Shown: positions 23,273-24,000 of the stretch, in pieces | Position numbering within the stretch: position 1 is the stretch's first letter | Layout: each line of letters starts with the position of its first letter | Assembly (NCBI GenBank): GCA_003600225.1 | Contig: QZFT01000034.1 | Coordinates: forward strand, 191,577-215,576 | Origin: Pseudonocardiaceae bacterium YIM PH 21723 | Lineage (GTDB): Bacteria > Actinomycetota > Actinomycetes > Mycobacteriales > Pseudonocardiaceae | DNA: 24,000 nucleotides | Direction of reading: 5' to 3' | Translations under genes and position numbers: made by a program | Notes under the pieces: model-generated | The model's database searches: none | Told to the model about the DNA's origin: nothing | What the model saw: only the letters and a program-made list of their open reading frames with translations

Positions 23273-24000
23273 CCCCGCCACGCTGAGCGCGACACCCACC
23301 CAGGCGGTGGAGGCGTAGCCCCAGCCGGCCGCGATGGCCAGCCCACCCAGCCAGGCACCCGCGCCGTTGGCGATGTTGAGCGCCGCGTGGTTGGACGAGG
23401 AGGCCAGCGAAGGCGCGTCCTTGGAGGCGTCCATCAACCGGACCTGCAACGCGGTGACCAGGAACTGGGTCACGAAGCCGACCAGGAAGATGCCCGCGAA
23501 CAACACGGTGGGACTGCCGGCCCACAGCCCGAGCCCGGCGAGCACGGCGATCAACGCGATCAGCGAGCCGAACAGCGACCCGGACACCGAGCGGTCCACG
23601 AACCGGCCGGCGACGGGCGCGCCGAGGGTCATGCCCAGCCCGAACACGGCGAGCATCCAGGACACGGCGATCCGCGGCAGCCCGGCGACCTCGGTGGTCA
23701 GCGGCGCCACGTAGGAGTAGACGGCGAACATGCCGCCGAACCCGACCATGCCGGTGACCAGGGTGAACCACACGGTCGGCCGGCGGAACGCCCGCAGCTC
23801 GCCCTTGATGCCGGCGTCGGCGGCGGGCGGCTGGTGTGGCACGAACCGGGCGATGGAGGCGGCGGTGGCCAGGGCGATCACCGCGACGGCGGCGTAGGCG
23901 GCGCGCCAGCCGACCTGCTGCCCGATGATCGTGGCGAGGGGCACGCCGACCAGGTTGGCGATGGTCAGCCCCATCATCACCCAGGCGACCGCGCTGCCTC
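23210..24000 (-). CDS. MFS transporter (AraJ/YdhP-like), 5' end outside the window
   Basis: The sequence is continuously hydrophobic and MFS-like. The frame stays open upstream of the track start (…GSAVAWVMMGLT) to the window edge. The 3' end overlaps the TetR 3' end by 63 nt. Confidence 0.8.
   Translation of the reverse strand, partial: GSAVAWVMMGLTIANLVGVPLATIIGQQVGWRAAYAAVAVIALATAASIARFVPHQPPAADAGIKGELRAFRRPTVWFTLVTGMVGFGGMFAVYSYVAPLTTEVAGLPRIAVSWMLAVFGLGMTLGAPVAGRFVDRSVSGSLFGSLIALIAVLAGLGLWAGSPTVLFAGIFLVGFVTQFLVTALQVRLMDASKDAPSLASSSNHAALNIANGAGAWLGGLAIAAGWGYASTAWVGVALSVAGLLVAGLAEVTQRRAQPVQAV

Overview
This is high-GC, actinobacterial-type chromosomal DNA; hand-counted 60-nt samples give about 62-73% G+C. 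It is gene dense. I found no rRNA, tRNA, CRISPR array, transposase or integrase by eye. About 29 CDS are supportable. From left to right: a 25-codon membrane-peptide ORF that the ORF track misses; a ~900-bp non-coding region built as a large imperfect palindrome with G-tract repeats; a TetR + DHA2-MFS efflux pair; a small secreted Pro/Thr-rich protein; an S9 prolyl oligopeptidase abutting a signal-less BtuF-like binding protein; a divergent TetR/DUF1348 pair with a clear operator; a five-gene T7SS-style polymorphic toxin/immunity cassette (8281-10831, minus strand); a tail-anchored small protein + GCS2 carboxylate-amine ligase; an 855-aa secreted multi-FN3 protein; a CBS-pair protein + PIG-L deacetylase; a membrane-anchored TPR-CHAT protein convergent with a three-gene membrane-protein operon; an acyl-CoA dehydrogenase/SDR operon with a divergent TetR; and a partial MFS gene at the right edge. 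The four best leads follow. (1) The toxin cassette has its delivery domain and toxin domain on separate, 8-nt-overlapping ORFs. The toxin has a deaminase-like PCxxC motif but no obvious catalytic Glu. A SUKH-3-like immunity gene follows it. (2) An uncharacterised 55-63-bp palindromic repeat (20-bp stem CCCGGAGTTGACGATGTTCG) occurs three times, each just after a stop codon. (3) The TM-TPR-CHAT gene and the convergent membrane operon form a possible accessory island. (4) The structured non-coding region at 264-1162. All functional calls rest on motif recognition by eye; no database search was possible.
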